Shown piece by piece: positions 1 through 12,532 of a DNA stretch of 64,000 bases. How positions within the stretch are numbered: position 1 is the stretch's first letter; every line of letters starts with the position of its first letter. Made by a program: the position numbers and the translations under genes. The DNA comes from Podarcis filfolensis (Eukaryota), in NCBI GenBank assembly GCA_964270895.1, contig OZ185438.1. One strand, 5' to 3'. The notes below the pieces were generated by a model, which saw only the letters and a program-made list of their open reading frames with translations, ran no database searches and had not been told where the DNA came from.

Positions 1-462
1 GTTTACATTTTACAGCAGGTACTGCTGACACCTGCTGTACCGGGTTGGTTGGTTTTTAATGCAAATGTATGTGTATTGCCAAGCTTTTATGCAATGGAGA
101 TTCAGTGACTGCATTTACTCATTTTAATATGAATCTTATAATGCTTGCTCATTGACTGTTTCTCATCTGATCCTTCAGCTTGTTATTATAGTATTTATTG
201 CAGTTTATGGTGCGCTGCATGCTTTGCAACCCACCCTGGGAATGGGCAACAAAGAAGGGAGAGACAGAATTGCTTCAAGTAAATACAAGCAAACACAGAT
301 GTACTACCTGACAAATTAAGTTCCAGTTGTGAGGAAAAAGCTGCATTATATGCAAGCTTTCTTCCCAGAACCTAGGACCAATTGAAGCTTTAACCAGCCA
401 CCCAACATCACATGGAGAACATAGCTACCTGCATTCGCACAAGAGATTTCCAAGGGACTCAC

Positions 463-613
463 CATCCGAGTTCAGTGCCAGTGTTTCCTTGGTCCTCCAG
501 CTATCCAGCATATCCCACAACCTGACTGTCTTATCCCAAGAGGCACTTGCTAAGACACACTTGACGGGATTAAAACACAGGCTACTGATGGGGCCTTCAT
601 GACCAGCTAAGAC
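463..613 (-). CDS. PWP2: PWP2 exon 13
   Basis: cattag|VLAGHEGPISSLCFNP...WDKTVRLWD...LALNSD|gtgagt; 151 nt. Confidence 0.96.
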
Positions 614-3600
614 CTAATGGAGAAAAGCCAATTTGATTTATTTTATACATGTTGGTTTACACAGTATCTTATACAAGAAAAAAATAATCCACAGATGGAA
701 CAAAATGCATATAAAACGCATACAAAATGCAAAAATTGCACATCAGAGATACCATTACTGGGTTGCAATTCCCAACATTTAAAGTTACTATAGTATATGA
801 CTTTTGAGCCACATTTAAAATAAGCAAAGCACATGACCAGATCCTTCTAATGCACCACCAAATCAGAGCAAGGATCCAGGATCACAAGCAATAGGACTTT
901 CAATACAGTAACACTAAAACAATCACCGTATCGCCATCACAGCTGTGGATCAGCATTGAGAGACATGACTATTTGGCAACAGATATCATTGCCAGATTCA
1001 GCATGGCAGCACACACAGAACAGCTAACCTACATGGGATACATCCTTATATTGAATGATCATAATGGGAGTGAAAATGATAGGCAGACCTCTCCACTTGC
1101 TCTACAAAGGATTCTGTTGGAGCTATGAAGACACAGGGAACACCAAGTGGGCACAGCTGTGCCGATCAATAGGGTTAGATGTTAGAAGCTGAATTTAGAT
1201 GCAAAAACTGCACATTAGCTAGTAAGATAAATTAAAGATGTGCCTATTTTTAATCATATTTTTAATCACGCTCAACTCACTCAAATTCAATGATTCTTTT
1301 AAATCCTGCAAATATATACGGTCTCTGCTGTAAGGATGGAATCAGCCTCAATTAAAAGCAGTTTCAAAAGGTGTTGAGACAACCAAAACGTCTCTTACAT
1401 CTAAGAGTCGCCCACTCTGCACTGACCACACAAATACTTCAAAGGAGTCCTGAGAACCAGCTGAAACAATCTCGCCACTGGAGTCCACAGCCAAGCAAGA
1501 GAATTGTGTTGGTCGTGGGGAAGTGAAGGTGCGGAAATTGCGGTACCTGTTTAAAACATGCAGGAATGTGATTTAAGGAAGAACTTTGGTGCCTGTATAC
1601 TATTCTAGGTAAAAGTCCCTCAGTGATATCACAAAAAGTTTTGGAATATCCCAAGTGAACAACTGATTAGCTTAAATAAATTATATTTATACAACCAAAG
1701 CCTAGGCTTCTCCTCAATGGAGAAGCCTAGGCTTTGGTTGTTTCTGAAACTGGGTGCAATTTTTCTATTGGATACTTTCAAAATTATGAAATGCTCAATG
1801 GCACAAGAGGAGTGTACCACATATAACCAAACAACATTCTAGATATTAATATTCCCTCTGAATTCTCTGGTTTTCCACTCCAAGCTCAGGGAAGAGAGAA
1901 TTTTGCTAGGGGGGGAAAGAATAATTTACCTGTGCAGATCAAAAGCTCGAACTGTCCCATCTAGGGAAGCACTCAGAATGACATATCCTGAAGCAGTAAA
2001 TGTTACAGCAGATATACTGCTTGTATGTTCTGTAAAAGTTACAAAACAGAACCCACTGCTGGTGTTCCACACCTTCACCTGAAAAGAAAACAGAAAATGC
2101 TCCAGTAAGCTTCAGAAATATTCCTTTTCTGGGACTGACACAGTTAGCCACTGAAAGAACACTCCCGTACACCACACTTAGCAGAGCTAAACTTCCAGGA
2201 AAGTTAAGCAAGCCATTCAAAATCACACATGCAGAAGCCCAAGGACATGAATTTATCATTTTGTTGTCAGTTGGAAACATCACTGACAATATGATCTGGC
2301 CAGACATTACGAATCGCTACAGCCAACCAAGAACATGGTCAACTTCCATGTTACACAGCTTTGCTTCTGCTCCAAATATACACTAATGCCTTTTTTCTAA
2401 AAAACAATGCAAGCATCACCCATAGCAAACAGGAATGACAACATATCCAAAATAAATTAAGATTCCTAGCTCCTAGAAGCTTTAAGAGCTCCTTTCTTAG
2501 TATCTTTATAGTATATGCCCAGAAATTGCAGATTTTAGAGAGTTACAAACTCCATGCTCAATAACATGCGGCAGACTTACTTTCCCATCATCTCCGCCAG
2601 TGACTAAGTACTGCCCATCCGGAGAATATGCAAGAGAAACCATGCTGTTGAAATGGCCTTGCTGCTTTAGCACATAGGACTCGCTCTGCCATTCCCAAAC
2701 CAGAAGCTGCCCCAGACCTGTAAGGATAATGACAAGTAGTTCAAACTCAAATACAACTAGTCAATGTATACATTTTCCTGCAGCACCAATACATAGAATA
2801 CACCAACAAACACAAAGCTAAGTCTGTAAATTGCAGTTAATGAGTTCAGAAATATGGTGGGTGTAAGAACTGCACCAATCAAGACTGACCAAACTGGATT
2901 AGCATTTCACCGCTCTCAGGGTTCAAATGGATTCTTATTTTTTACACAAGCTTGTGCTTGCCCATATTCACAAGGACAACATGATGCATGAACTGGCAAC
3001 GCAACACACATTGCCATGACCAAGCCTTATGAGGAGGAATGGTTGAGGAAGCTGGGTATGTTTAGCCTGGAAAAGAGGAGATATGATAGCCACCTTCAAA
3101 TATCTAAAAGGCTGCCACATGGAAGATGAAGGAAGCTTGTTTTCTCCTGCTCCAGAGGCTAGGGCCCAAACCAATGTATTCAAGTAACAAGGAGATTCTG
3201 ACTCAACCTGCTATTGTTCGTGATTTCATAACCCAGCTTGATAAAGAAATGGGTCCAACCTCCCTAATTTTGCCTGGATGTGATAACTTTCCAAAGTCTC
3301 TAAAGGAGCGATCATATGCACAAGAAGCTGGTGTAGGTTAAGAGAGCATGAAGTGAAACCTGATCCAAACACTGTCGAACAGAGGGGCTGCTGCTCTGCC
3401 TGAGCACAGCAAGCCTTTCAAGGTGTATTCTATGGCAGGGCATGCAACCAAACTGAATGGGCTCAGGATCCAGCCTTAGTCAGAGAGAGGGCTCTGGTCC
3501 TGCGCCTGCCATGACCTTTTTTTGGGAACTTACACCAGCTTGGCTTACCAGCTTCACCTCACCTGGCTGAACCTCGACTGAGCAAGGATAAGCAAGTTAT

Positions 3601-6600
3601 GCTACGGTGTCTTCAACAGAGTCAGCATTGGGGACTTAACACCAGCAGAGCTGAAGATTTAAGCTTCTCATCCCAGCAGCCCCCAATTTATATCTAAAGG
3701 AATTTCCACAGATGAAGTGTGTCAAAGGGTTCTCTCAACATAACTGATTGTATAAACAGGCCCTCATTCAACTGTGTGTCTCATAGTTACGCACCTGCAC
3801 ACCCAAAAGCAATCCAGTCACCAGTACTGTTGATAGAAATAGATGCGATCCTTTGGTCCGAAATGCTAAGTAGCAAAAAGAAAGAAAGAAACTGCTTAAA
3901 GCGAAGCGAAGCATTTGGGTGCCCATGCTAAAATTTCAGACCCATATAAAATAATGCATTATTAAGTCATAAGAACCTGTAGATGAAGAAAGTACACTAA
4001 TACCAGTATCACTCTGTCCAAGCTTATAAAGCAGAAATTGCTTTTAAAGGAAAAAAAGATTTGTTCTTTCTCTAGAACTACATTTCTCTATAATGAGCAA
4101 TATCCATACTTACCTTAAAGAATGGATGAGATTGAATTCTGGAAGTTCATGGAGGTGAAAAATTCCAGACGCGAAGCCAGTGACTAGTAGGTGAATTTTC
4201 TTGTGGTAAGCTGCAGCTGTCAAGGTGTTAAAATCACCTTCTTTGTTGAAAAAGTATCTGAGAAAACAATTGAAATATGCTACTGACATGCGTTTAATGC
4301 ACGGCATATTTACCACTCAATTAATTTCATAATACACCAGCAAAAGACCAATGGTACTCTGACATTTTGGACATGAAGTAAAAACAAGTGAAGAAAGGTA
4401 GCCATCTATTAAAAATCCAAGCAACATCCAACCCACCACTTTTTTTAAAAAAACAAAAAAAGATGCTATAAAAAAGTCAAAGGAAGAAACAATGTTGTGG
4501 TTAACACTGGATACCACCAGCAGTAGCTTCCACCTGCCCACGAACTGTCAGGCACCGTGGGGACTCGGCAGCAGAGCAATGCTTGCCCCCCACTGGTTAA
4601 CCAGTGAATCAGGGGATAGAATTCCTCGGTATGGCATTTTTCTGTTCCACCTCTAACATGTCCACTTCAGATCCTGCCACATTGACAGGGGAAGTCTGAG
4701 CCTCTTTCTTATTAACTGGATGCTTGTTAAGGCAGTGTTGTCCACCACAAGGGAAAGTCTAAGTGCTTTCAGTTGAACATGCTTGGAGATTGTGGTGTGG
4801 GAAATCTTCACACTTTAGAAGGTTAGAATGCCATAATCCTAATCAATAGTCATGCCTGCAGCACATTCATAGTGTGACAATAAGACAGTCTAATGGAATT
4901 GTTTTGTTTTCATATACACTGGCTTTGACTACATGACCAAGCTCCTGGTTGCAACATATTCCTCCTTTTCTCTCTGGAAGATCACTTACTTGGCAGCACA
5001 TGAGTATTTTACTCTCTTTCCCTTCTCTTTTTTCTTATGTGTGCTGGCTTTCCCATGGACCTCTTTGCCCTTCTGTTCTTCCATCAACTCTTCATCTAGG
5101 CCTTCTGCCAATTCTGCCTTGTCTTCAGTTTGATCTTTTGGGGGTCGAGCTTTCAAACCATCTAGTTCTGTATCACACTGCCAGACACACAAAGCCCCAT
5201 CTCTGCTGACAGTGTACAACTGGAACACCAAAACATAATGGTTAACATCATTGCACGACTATAATGAGCCTTAAGCAGATGAGCTAAACAAACATTTGAT
5301 GTCACTACGCTCAACGGAGAGTCGAAAGGATACTTAGCTCAAAAGACTGCAATTCTCTAAGAATAAAATGTTATCTCATGAAACTGTAAAACAGAATCTT
5401 GTAAGCTACTTGGACTTACAAGGGGGGAAATGACCACAGTTCAGCGAAAAAGCATCTCCCTTGCAACATAGTCATGCAGATCCCCAATTCAATCCCTCAT
5501 GTCTCCAGATAGAGCTGTGAAAAGCTCCTGCCTAAAAGCCTGGAAACTCACTACCAGTCAGTATAGACAAGACTGAGCCCGATAGATAAATAGTTAGATT
5601 CAGTATGAGCCAGCTTCCTGTGTACCTAATTACAAAGACATTATCTTTCAATTTGAACTTATTTGAGAGAAAGCAAGCTTAGATGTGAGATGCCTAATAA
5701 ACTGAATTTTTAGACAAAATATAAAGCCTTGTTGGGATCCTACTTTATTGTTATCTTACGTTTATTGTACACTATTGAGCTCCGCTGTATACATACATTC
5801 TAAATATAAACATTAATTAACAGCCAATGTCCAAAATCCATAACAGGCCCCTTCTGGACTTAGAAATATGGGAACATAATATATCTGAGGTGCTGATTGC
5901 TGGCTTATTTCTGGGCACCCAGGACATCAGTTCTGGGCACGTTTTTAAAGAACTGCCACTGCCCCCCCGATAAGCAATCTGCAGAAGACCCCTACAGTAT
6001 GTAAACACCTTGAGGAAAGTAGGCTATACACAGCCTTTCATTGACTTGTGCCATATAATTATCCAAAAGCAAAGTACACTAACCATAAAAACCAATGCAA
6101 TATATATATATATAAGAGGTACATACATCTAGACTGTTTCCTTCAAAAAAACAGGCAACAATTGCATCCTTATGACCTCCCAATGCATAATAAATCAGAT
6201 TGGCCCATCGCTCTGCTCCAAACACCCACGTCGACATATCTTTGCTTCCTACTGCAAAACATCTAGAATAAAAGAATCGTGGTTAGAACATCTCAAAAAC
6301 TACATCATAGTGGATATGTCAACAAGCAGTTTATACTGCTCAACTCTCTATTGAGAGTGAGAGGCCTTTGCAAAGATAGCAAGGAACGAAGAGACAGATT
6401 TGGATCCAAAGGTTCACTGCCACTGGAAGGAAATCATGGGATTCCAAACCACAGTTCCCAGTTCCCGCCATCTGAGTGGATAGTCTCTCCAGTTTAAACT
6501 GGGAAAAGGCATCTGGTCGATCCCTTACTGCTATTAGCCAAAGTGTGTACATGTGGATATACAAAACAGAGGCAATTGAAATAGATCAGTGGACACTTAA

Positions 6601-9600
6601 TGATATTAGAAACTGATTTAAGTAAACTTTTATAGACAGTGAATTTGGAGAAATACATTATATTTATTTGAAAGAGGAGAAAATTAAGGAGTCATTTTTA
6701 ATATATTTCAACAACCCTTTTTTAAAGAATGGAATAATTGTATGGAACGATGGAAATGATTGCATTACAAATATTAAGTTGGATTCAGAGATCCATGAGA
6801 GGATTTCTGTTCAATAAATGGGATGTTTCCAGGTCTAATTCACAGAAGAGTGGGGAAGGTGATTTTCATTGGTCCTTCTCTGCACATATACACCCCAACT
6901 ACTCTGGAGGGTTGGGGAACCTCTGGAACAGTGTCAGAAGTGGCAGCAGAGAGCTGTAGGAGGAACAGATTAAAAAAAAGTGTGTCCCTCTTTATATTCA
7001 GGGAAGCTTGGGCTTGACTGCAACACCTTCTGTGTAGAGAAAGAATATTTCCATTTGCAGACAGGTTCTGCTGGACCCAACCCTCTATGCTTACTTTAAT
7101 AAAAATTGTTTATTAACTCAGGAGTTAACAAAATCTCTATTAACGAATGAAAAATGTGGACAATGGAGAATCCTGAAACAATAACCTGAACTTTTAGCAT
7201 TACTGTTAAGGGAATTTATGAGATGAGGCACTGCCTAAATACACTCTCCTAAAAAGAGCAATGCAAGATTTTCTTTTCTTTTCTTTTTGCAATGCAAGAT
7301 TTTCAAAATTATCAGCAGATACAATCAACCCAAGTCGCATTGGCTTTCAATGTATTTGCTCATTTTCTATGTTGCCTTGGTAAACTGCATATATTAAAAC
7401 TTACTTAGAATCATCTGTCCAATCAATGCATGTTGTTTCGTCATATGCACCATAGTAAGTTGTGTCAAGGACAAACGCATTAAATTCTCGCTTTTTTCCT
7501 GGGGCATGGTACATCAGAGCAACGTTCTCCTTTGTGACCACAAATTTCCTGTTTAACATAATATGAAAAATGAACTTAACATACATAATTATTCAGCAGA
7601 GAAATAAAAATGAACAAGATGACGCCAAGCGCATGTATTCGGATAATGCAGTAGAATTGTGCAGGTTTCCAAGGTTTATATATCTACACACATACATAAA
7701 CATAAGCGAAAGTCTGTATTTACAGCTAGATAGTTATTTGTAATTATTTTGTCACCAGACACTTTTGTACAAGAAGCATATTGATTTGGGGTGTATAAAG
7801 GTGATCCAGTAAAAAAGGTCATGTTTCCTACTGTGTCTATTACTTCCCAACTCCTATGATAAGCAAAATTCATTTCAGCAACTGGTACGACTATCACTTA
7901 TACATACAAAAAAAGAAATAAACACAAAACCAGGAAGTTTCTCTTACTTTCCATTTGGGGAAAAACAGACACTGTGCACAGGTTTCTGAAAATGGAACTG
8001 ATGAATCACAGATTTACTGATCAAGCTGACAAGTAAGGCAGCTCCCTCTGTTGGAAAAAGAACAAATAGATTGAGCATCATTTATATTCAGCCCAATTTC
8101 AAACTCAAATTTCTAAATGAAATAAAAGAGTCATGTTATTCAAAGGACTATAATAAAAGCAAACAACATTTTTTGCCTTGATTGTAGAACATAATATATA
8201 AAAGATAGTTATACTTAAAATGAATCTAACTGTAACTTATATTTCTGTTAAAAATTTGTGATACTGATTGAATTCTTTTTCATTATATTAAAAATCTAAA
8301 ATACCTTCATCAACTAATATAGCAAGATTTCCATCTGGAGAGAGTCCCACACATGCGACATTGTACTGGGTTGCCAGTGGTAATGTTTCAGACTTGTTAC
8401 TGGGAGAGAAGAGAGTGAAAGAATCAATAAAACGTCCAAACAGTGACAGAACTGTATGCAAAATGCTAATCTGTTATACACCTCTGCCCAATCCAGGAAG
8501 TGTGAATTGCACATAGAAATACATTTCTGCACACAATACCATGTTTCTCAGGCCAGATTTCCTTTATGTCATCCCACATGTATGAAGAGGAGTGGGACAT
8601 AGCTACATCCTTCCCAGTGTGAATGCAGTGTACTATTCATTAGCCCATTTTATAACTTTGATAATGGAGCACATTCTTTCACTATAGTGGAACAACAGAA
8701 GAGACCCAGAAACAGACCAAAGTAGCCCTTTTAACAGTCTGTGTTGTATGCAGAGGCTCAGTACCTCTAGTGATCATCTACTCTTTGAGAAAGCTCATTT
8801 ATAAAGACAATGAAAGAAGATGCATACTTTTTCAAGTCAAAGACGGTAATTCTGTTTCCCACAGGACTAATCAGAGAGTTCCCATCTGGAGTGAAATTCA
8901 GGTTTCCATGTCGGTAGACTGTACCCAGCAAGTTGGAGAACTGAAAAGAGAGAGAAGCGAAGTGAATGCAGACTTAACCAGTAGTTGGTCTCTAAGGTGC
9001 TACTGGACAATTTTTTAATTTTTTTATATAAATACCTATGAAGTTTCAAATAGTACAAACCAGTGAGGGGATAAATTAAGAGGATAGATTGCAGAAGCAG
9101 CCAATGTGGGGCCCTCCAGATGTTGTTGGACTCCCATCAGCCCTTGACAACATGGTCAATGGTCAAGGATCACGAAAGTTGCAGTCCAACATCATCTGGA
9201 GATCACAGCATTGTCTACCTGAATAACGGATGGGATGAAAGAAGAGTATTTGACTTGTAGCCAACTCATTCTCCCAACCACAGGGAGGATGTGCACAGAT
9301 GCGTCTATCTGTCAAGTAGGAGGAAAAGACGGGAGTTTTGCAAGGAAAAAAGGCAGCTGTGTATCTGAAGAAGTGTGCATGCACACGAAAGCTCATACCA
9401 AGAACTAACTTAGTTGGTCTTTAAGGTGCTACTGGAAGGGAAAAAAAATTTTTGTTTTAGCTAGGGGATAGAAAAGATGGTGCAAATGGAAGTCAACATT
9501 AATGTTCAGTTTCAACGATTTGTAGCATGCCAAGTACCAGAGTCAGCTAGTTAAGCAACACATAAAGATAGCAAATTTTGTGTGCATTTGTCAGATTATG

Positions 9601-10026
9601 AGCAAATGCGGATAGTCGGCAGTGGCGGAGGTCGGCAGGAGAGTTCCTGGCTTCCAAGAGGATTAAAGCTGGACACGCTACTCGAGCAATTTGGCAAGAT
9701 AACGATTAAAAGGAGCAACAGGAAGGGAAAAGGAGGACAGGGATCACATACTCTCCAACATTTCTCCAGTGAAAACAGGGGCATCCTAAGGAAAAGTGGG
9801 ACAGTCCGAGGTCAAATCAGAAACCTTATCTAAATCATGGACGCCCCTGGGAAACAGGGACGCTTGGAAGGTCTGGGATCAAGCGGCCGCCCAGAGGCTG
9901 GGCCCTCAAGAAACGGGCAGCGACGGGCTCCTCTTGCCAGACCAAGGGCTGCCCAAGCTCCGAGACCCCCGGCCAGAAAGGACGAAGCCCCCCGCCCTGT
10001 AAGCGAACCTTGTAAGCGAACTTCAT
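463..10026 (-). CDS. PWP2: PWP2 (UTP1, WD40-repeat SSU processome subunit), spliced gene, coding exons 1-13; 3' part lies beyond window start
   Basis: 13 exons (1636 nt = 545 codons + 1) with GT-AG boundaries and continuous phase. Translation MKFAYKFSNLLGTVYRHGNLNF...GHEGPISSLCFNP...WDKTVRLWD matches the PWP2 N-terminus and WD repeats as recalled from human MKFAYRFSNLLGTVY. Confidence 0.97.
1399..1546 (-). CDS. PWP2: PWP2 exon 12
   Basis: aaacag|YRNFRTFTSPRPTQFSCLAVD...SGRLLD|gtaaga; 148 nt. Confidence 0.96.
1930..2078 (-). CDS. PWP2: PWP2 exon 11
   Basis: tttcag|VKVWNTSSGFCFVTFTEHTSS...DGTVRAFDLH|gtaaat; 149 nt. Confidence 0.96.
2581..2717 (-). CDS. PWP2: PWP2 exon 10
   Basis: ttacag|LGQLLVWEWQSESYVLKQQGHFNSM...TGGDDGK|gtaagt; 137 nt. 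Confidence 0.96.
3030..3210 (+). mobile_element. Decayed CR1 LINE 3' fragment
   Basis: gaggaagctgggtatgtttagcctggaaaagaggag...ccttcaaatatctaaaaggctgcc is the typical CR1 ORF2 end (L.ELG.FSLEKRR...FKYLKG). Confidence 0.75.
3795..3865 (-). CDS. PWP2: PWP2 exon 9
   Basis: acttag|ISDQRIASISINSTGDWIAFGCA|gtgcgt; 71 nt. Confidence 0.95.
4114..4257 (-). CDS. PWP2: PWP2 exon 8
   Basis: ctcag|YFFNKEGDFNTLTAAAYHKK...HELPEFNLIHSL|gtaagt; 144 nt. Confidence 0.96.
4990..5219 (-). CDS. PWP2: PWP2 exon 7
   Basis: ttccag|LYTVSRDGALCVWQCDTELDG...RVKYSCAA|gtaagt; 230 nt. Confidence 0.95.
6127..6262 (-). CDS. PWP2: PWP2 exon 6
   Basis: ttctag|CFAVGSKDMSTWVFGAERWANLIYYALGGHKDAIVACFFEGNSLD|gtatgt; 136 nt. Confidence 0.96.
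7405..7548 (-). CDS. PWP2: PWP2 exon 5
   Basis: aaacag|KFVVTKENVALMYHAPGKKREFNAFVLD...WTDDS|gtaagt; 144 nt. Confidence 0.96.
7948..8047 (-). CDS. PWP2: PWP2 exon 4
   Basis: caacag|GAALLVSLISKSVIHQFHFQKPVHSVCFSPNG|gtaaga; 100 nt. Confidence 0.95.
8305..8399 (-). CDS. PWP2: PWP2 exon 3
   Basis: cccag|NKSETLPLATQYNVACVGLSPDGNLAILVDE|gtattt; 95 nt. Confidence 0.95.
8828..8940 (-). CDS. PWP2: PWP2 exon 2
   Basis: ttttcag|FSNLLGTVYRHGNLNFTPDGNSLISPVGNRITVFDLK|gtatgc; 113 nt. Confidence 0.96.
9100..9205. repeat. Palindromic ~110-bp squamate MITE-like repeat; related decayed copies near 21030-21150, 38830-38940, 39300-39415 and 45060-45165
   Basis: Arms CTCCAGATGTTGTTGGACT (9114-9132) and AGTCCAACATCATCTGGAG (9183-9201) are 18/19 complementary. 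Confidence 0.7.
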
Positions 10027-10900
10027 CCCCGCGCAGATTCCGGCACTCGGTCGGCAAACACATGGGCAGCACGAGTCGGCCGGAAGAGCCGCTTCGTTTT
10101 GCTTCCGGGTTCAGAACATTTCCAGCGCGACCTATCTGCTCTCTTTCTCTCGCTCTCTCTGCCGGCTCCTGTTGCGTCACTCAGACAGGGAACCGAAAGC
10201 TCCCGGAGACTCGCACTCCGCGTTCCGAGCAACATTCCTCCCCTCCGCTGCCGCCCCAACCCGTGTATAATTTGGGTCGGTGGGGAGCAGCGAGGTGCAG
10301 CTCATTTAAAGGCTGCTTTCTTGAGCACTCTTTCTCGAGAGCCTGCCTCGAGTCATTATTTATTATGGTTTTTTTAATAAAAAATACGTTCTTTTTTCCA
10401 TACAAGTAGGAGGGTGCTTGTTTCCTTACGCTTTTATAGCGGCAGGGCAGTGGAAGCAAAACCTGCGTTATGGCTGCAAGCTGTAAAAAGTAAAGTGAGC
10501 TTAAAATGCAAAAGCGCCCACGTGGCCAGGTTTACTGTTTTCCATCAGGATTGGCACGCGGTCTTTTGCTTTTATTTCAACGTGTCAGGAATGTAGCAGC
10601 TGTGCTAAGGATGAGGTAGAGATTGGGAGGGGTGTCGTTTTGTGGCTCGCAACTTAATGCACGTGGTCATCCGAAGGGCATAAGCTACTAAATCCGATGT
10701 CTAAAATTATCCAGCTGCCCCACTGGCGAGAGAGCCCAGATTTTGACTGCGGTTGTTAGAGCCAGACTAAGACGTCTTGCTGGCTGAAGCCGAGCAGCAA
10801 ATGGCACTTTCTCACCCGCAAGCACGACATCTACTACTGGCGGAGTTATTTTAGCATCTGAAACCTTGCCCTTCTCGAAACCCCACGGAGAACCTCGGCT
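9760..10900 (-). promoter_or_regulatory. CpG-island promoter of PWP2
   Basis: GC/CpG-rich around the ATG. ETS-type CCGGAAG at 10080-10086 and CTTCCGG at 10102-10108, CRE-like TGCGTCAC at 10173-10180, E-boxes CACGTG at 10519-10524 and 10660-10665, CACGCG at 10555-10560. Island limits are approximate. Confidence 0.8.
10009..10026 (-). CDS. PWP2: PWP2 exon 1 (coding part)
   Basis: ATG AAG TTC GCT TAC AAG = MKFAYK; donor AAG|gttcgc; phase 0 into exon 2. Confidence 0.9.
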
Positions 10901-12532
10901 TCCCTGTCAGTAAAAATACAAGTTTTTAAAAATAATAATAAAAAAACTAGCAAATTTCTATCTATCCAAAATAAGCTGCTTCACTCTTGCCTATTAGTAA
11001 AGCCCGGAGAGGATAGCATCGCAGTCATTGCATGGGCACCACAGCCTATTACACCCTCTCCCATAAGGAGATGATGTACACACTATTTTAGCCCTTTTTA
11101 AACACAAAGGGTAATTTTTAAAATTAATACCAATATAGAAGTGGGTCCTGTGCAGAGTGTCATAATGACTGATACCTACATACATAATTTTATTTGTATG
11201 CCGCCTTTCCATAGCTAAAACCATGCTCAAGTTGGCTTAACATTTAAAAAATGTATACAGTATAACAAAAATAGTAACAAAGAATAAATAAGACACATCA
11301 AAAAGTACACAACTAAAGAGAACAGTTTACACATTAAATCATTAATCTAAAAATAAAGATACAAAAAAATAGTATCAGTAACACCAACAACCCCCCGCCC
11401 CTGCCTAAATAATACCCCAACCCAATAATGATGAGCTGTGTATCAGATGGAAAACTTTTGTGGATTCTTGAGAATGGAATCTCAATCCTGGATCAAGTAC
11501 TGTTTTTAAAAAGGGTGCTCTTGGCACAGGTCAGAGGTAGCTAGCAAGATTTAGTTTATGAATTCCAGATTCCTACCATAGTCTGCTTTTCAATATGAAC
11601 TAGATCAACCACCATTATACTGTCATTTTTATTTGTAGTGTACAACTAATTTTATCCAAAGTTAACATGTAAAACTGGAAGAAAAATTATCTTTAAAGTA
11701 AATTAGTCCCCAAATGCTTATTTGGGTTAAAAGTGAATCCCAGGTAAGAAAAGGTTGAAGACTTCTATTTTAAAAGAAACTTTCACACCAGTGTGAACTC
11801 TACTCCCCTCCCTGCACATTCCACTCTGCAGTACTTTTCCCAACAGTAACCATTCACAGTAGGTGGTGCTTCTGGAGAAAATCTTTCCTAGATCTGGGAG
11901 CTGAAGATCCATGTCAGGTGTAGCTCCAGAGAAACGATTCTGATGTACAATACTTCAACAAGCAGGCATTTAGCAGGTGGCTTTCTCCAAAAAGCATTGC
12001 CTTTTGAACCAGGATGTGGTAGTGCTGCTTTGGTTTGTCACCCAGTTCACAAAAGAGACTCATCATACTGCAAGAGTCAACATCATTTAAAGTAGTTGCC
12101 AGAATAAGCTGGTGCCAAGTTTCATCTGTAGTGACTCCTTAAACTAGGAACGACAATGTTTGCTTCCCAAAGCTCTGATACATACATAAATGCTACCCCA
12201 AATATACCAAGAAACATCAGGAGAACATGAGAGGATAAAACTTCCTGGTAGGATTAAAAAAAACAGTGAAGCTATAGTAGCGGCATGTGTTAAGCCTTGT
12301 GCACCACCATATAATTATCTTAAGGTATATTAGTACTCTTGCGGCTCAGCCTGGTCCTGCAAAATAAATTAACTGAGAGCCAACAGATGCTACTAATAGA
12401 AAAGCTGCCTGAAAATAACTGATCAGCTCAGCTTAGAGCCACTTAATACCTAGAAATCTCAAACCAAGGAACATATAAAGGAAAGCTGAATGTCAGAACT
12501 GTAAGCAACTTTTGTTTAAAATATTCAAGATT

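Noticed and set aside
1939-2307. 122-aa ORF overlapping PWP2 exon 11
   Set aside because: Alternative frame of a real exon plus intron; the conserved frame is VKVWNT...AFDLH.
9830-10459. 190-aa plus-strand ORF and neighbours over the PWP2 promoter
   Set aside because: Same CpG-island effect; no recognisable domain.
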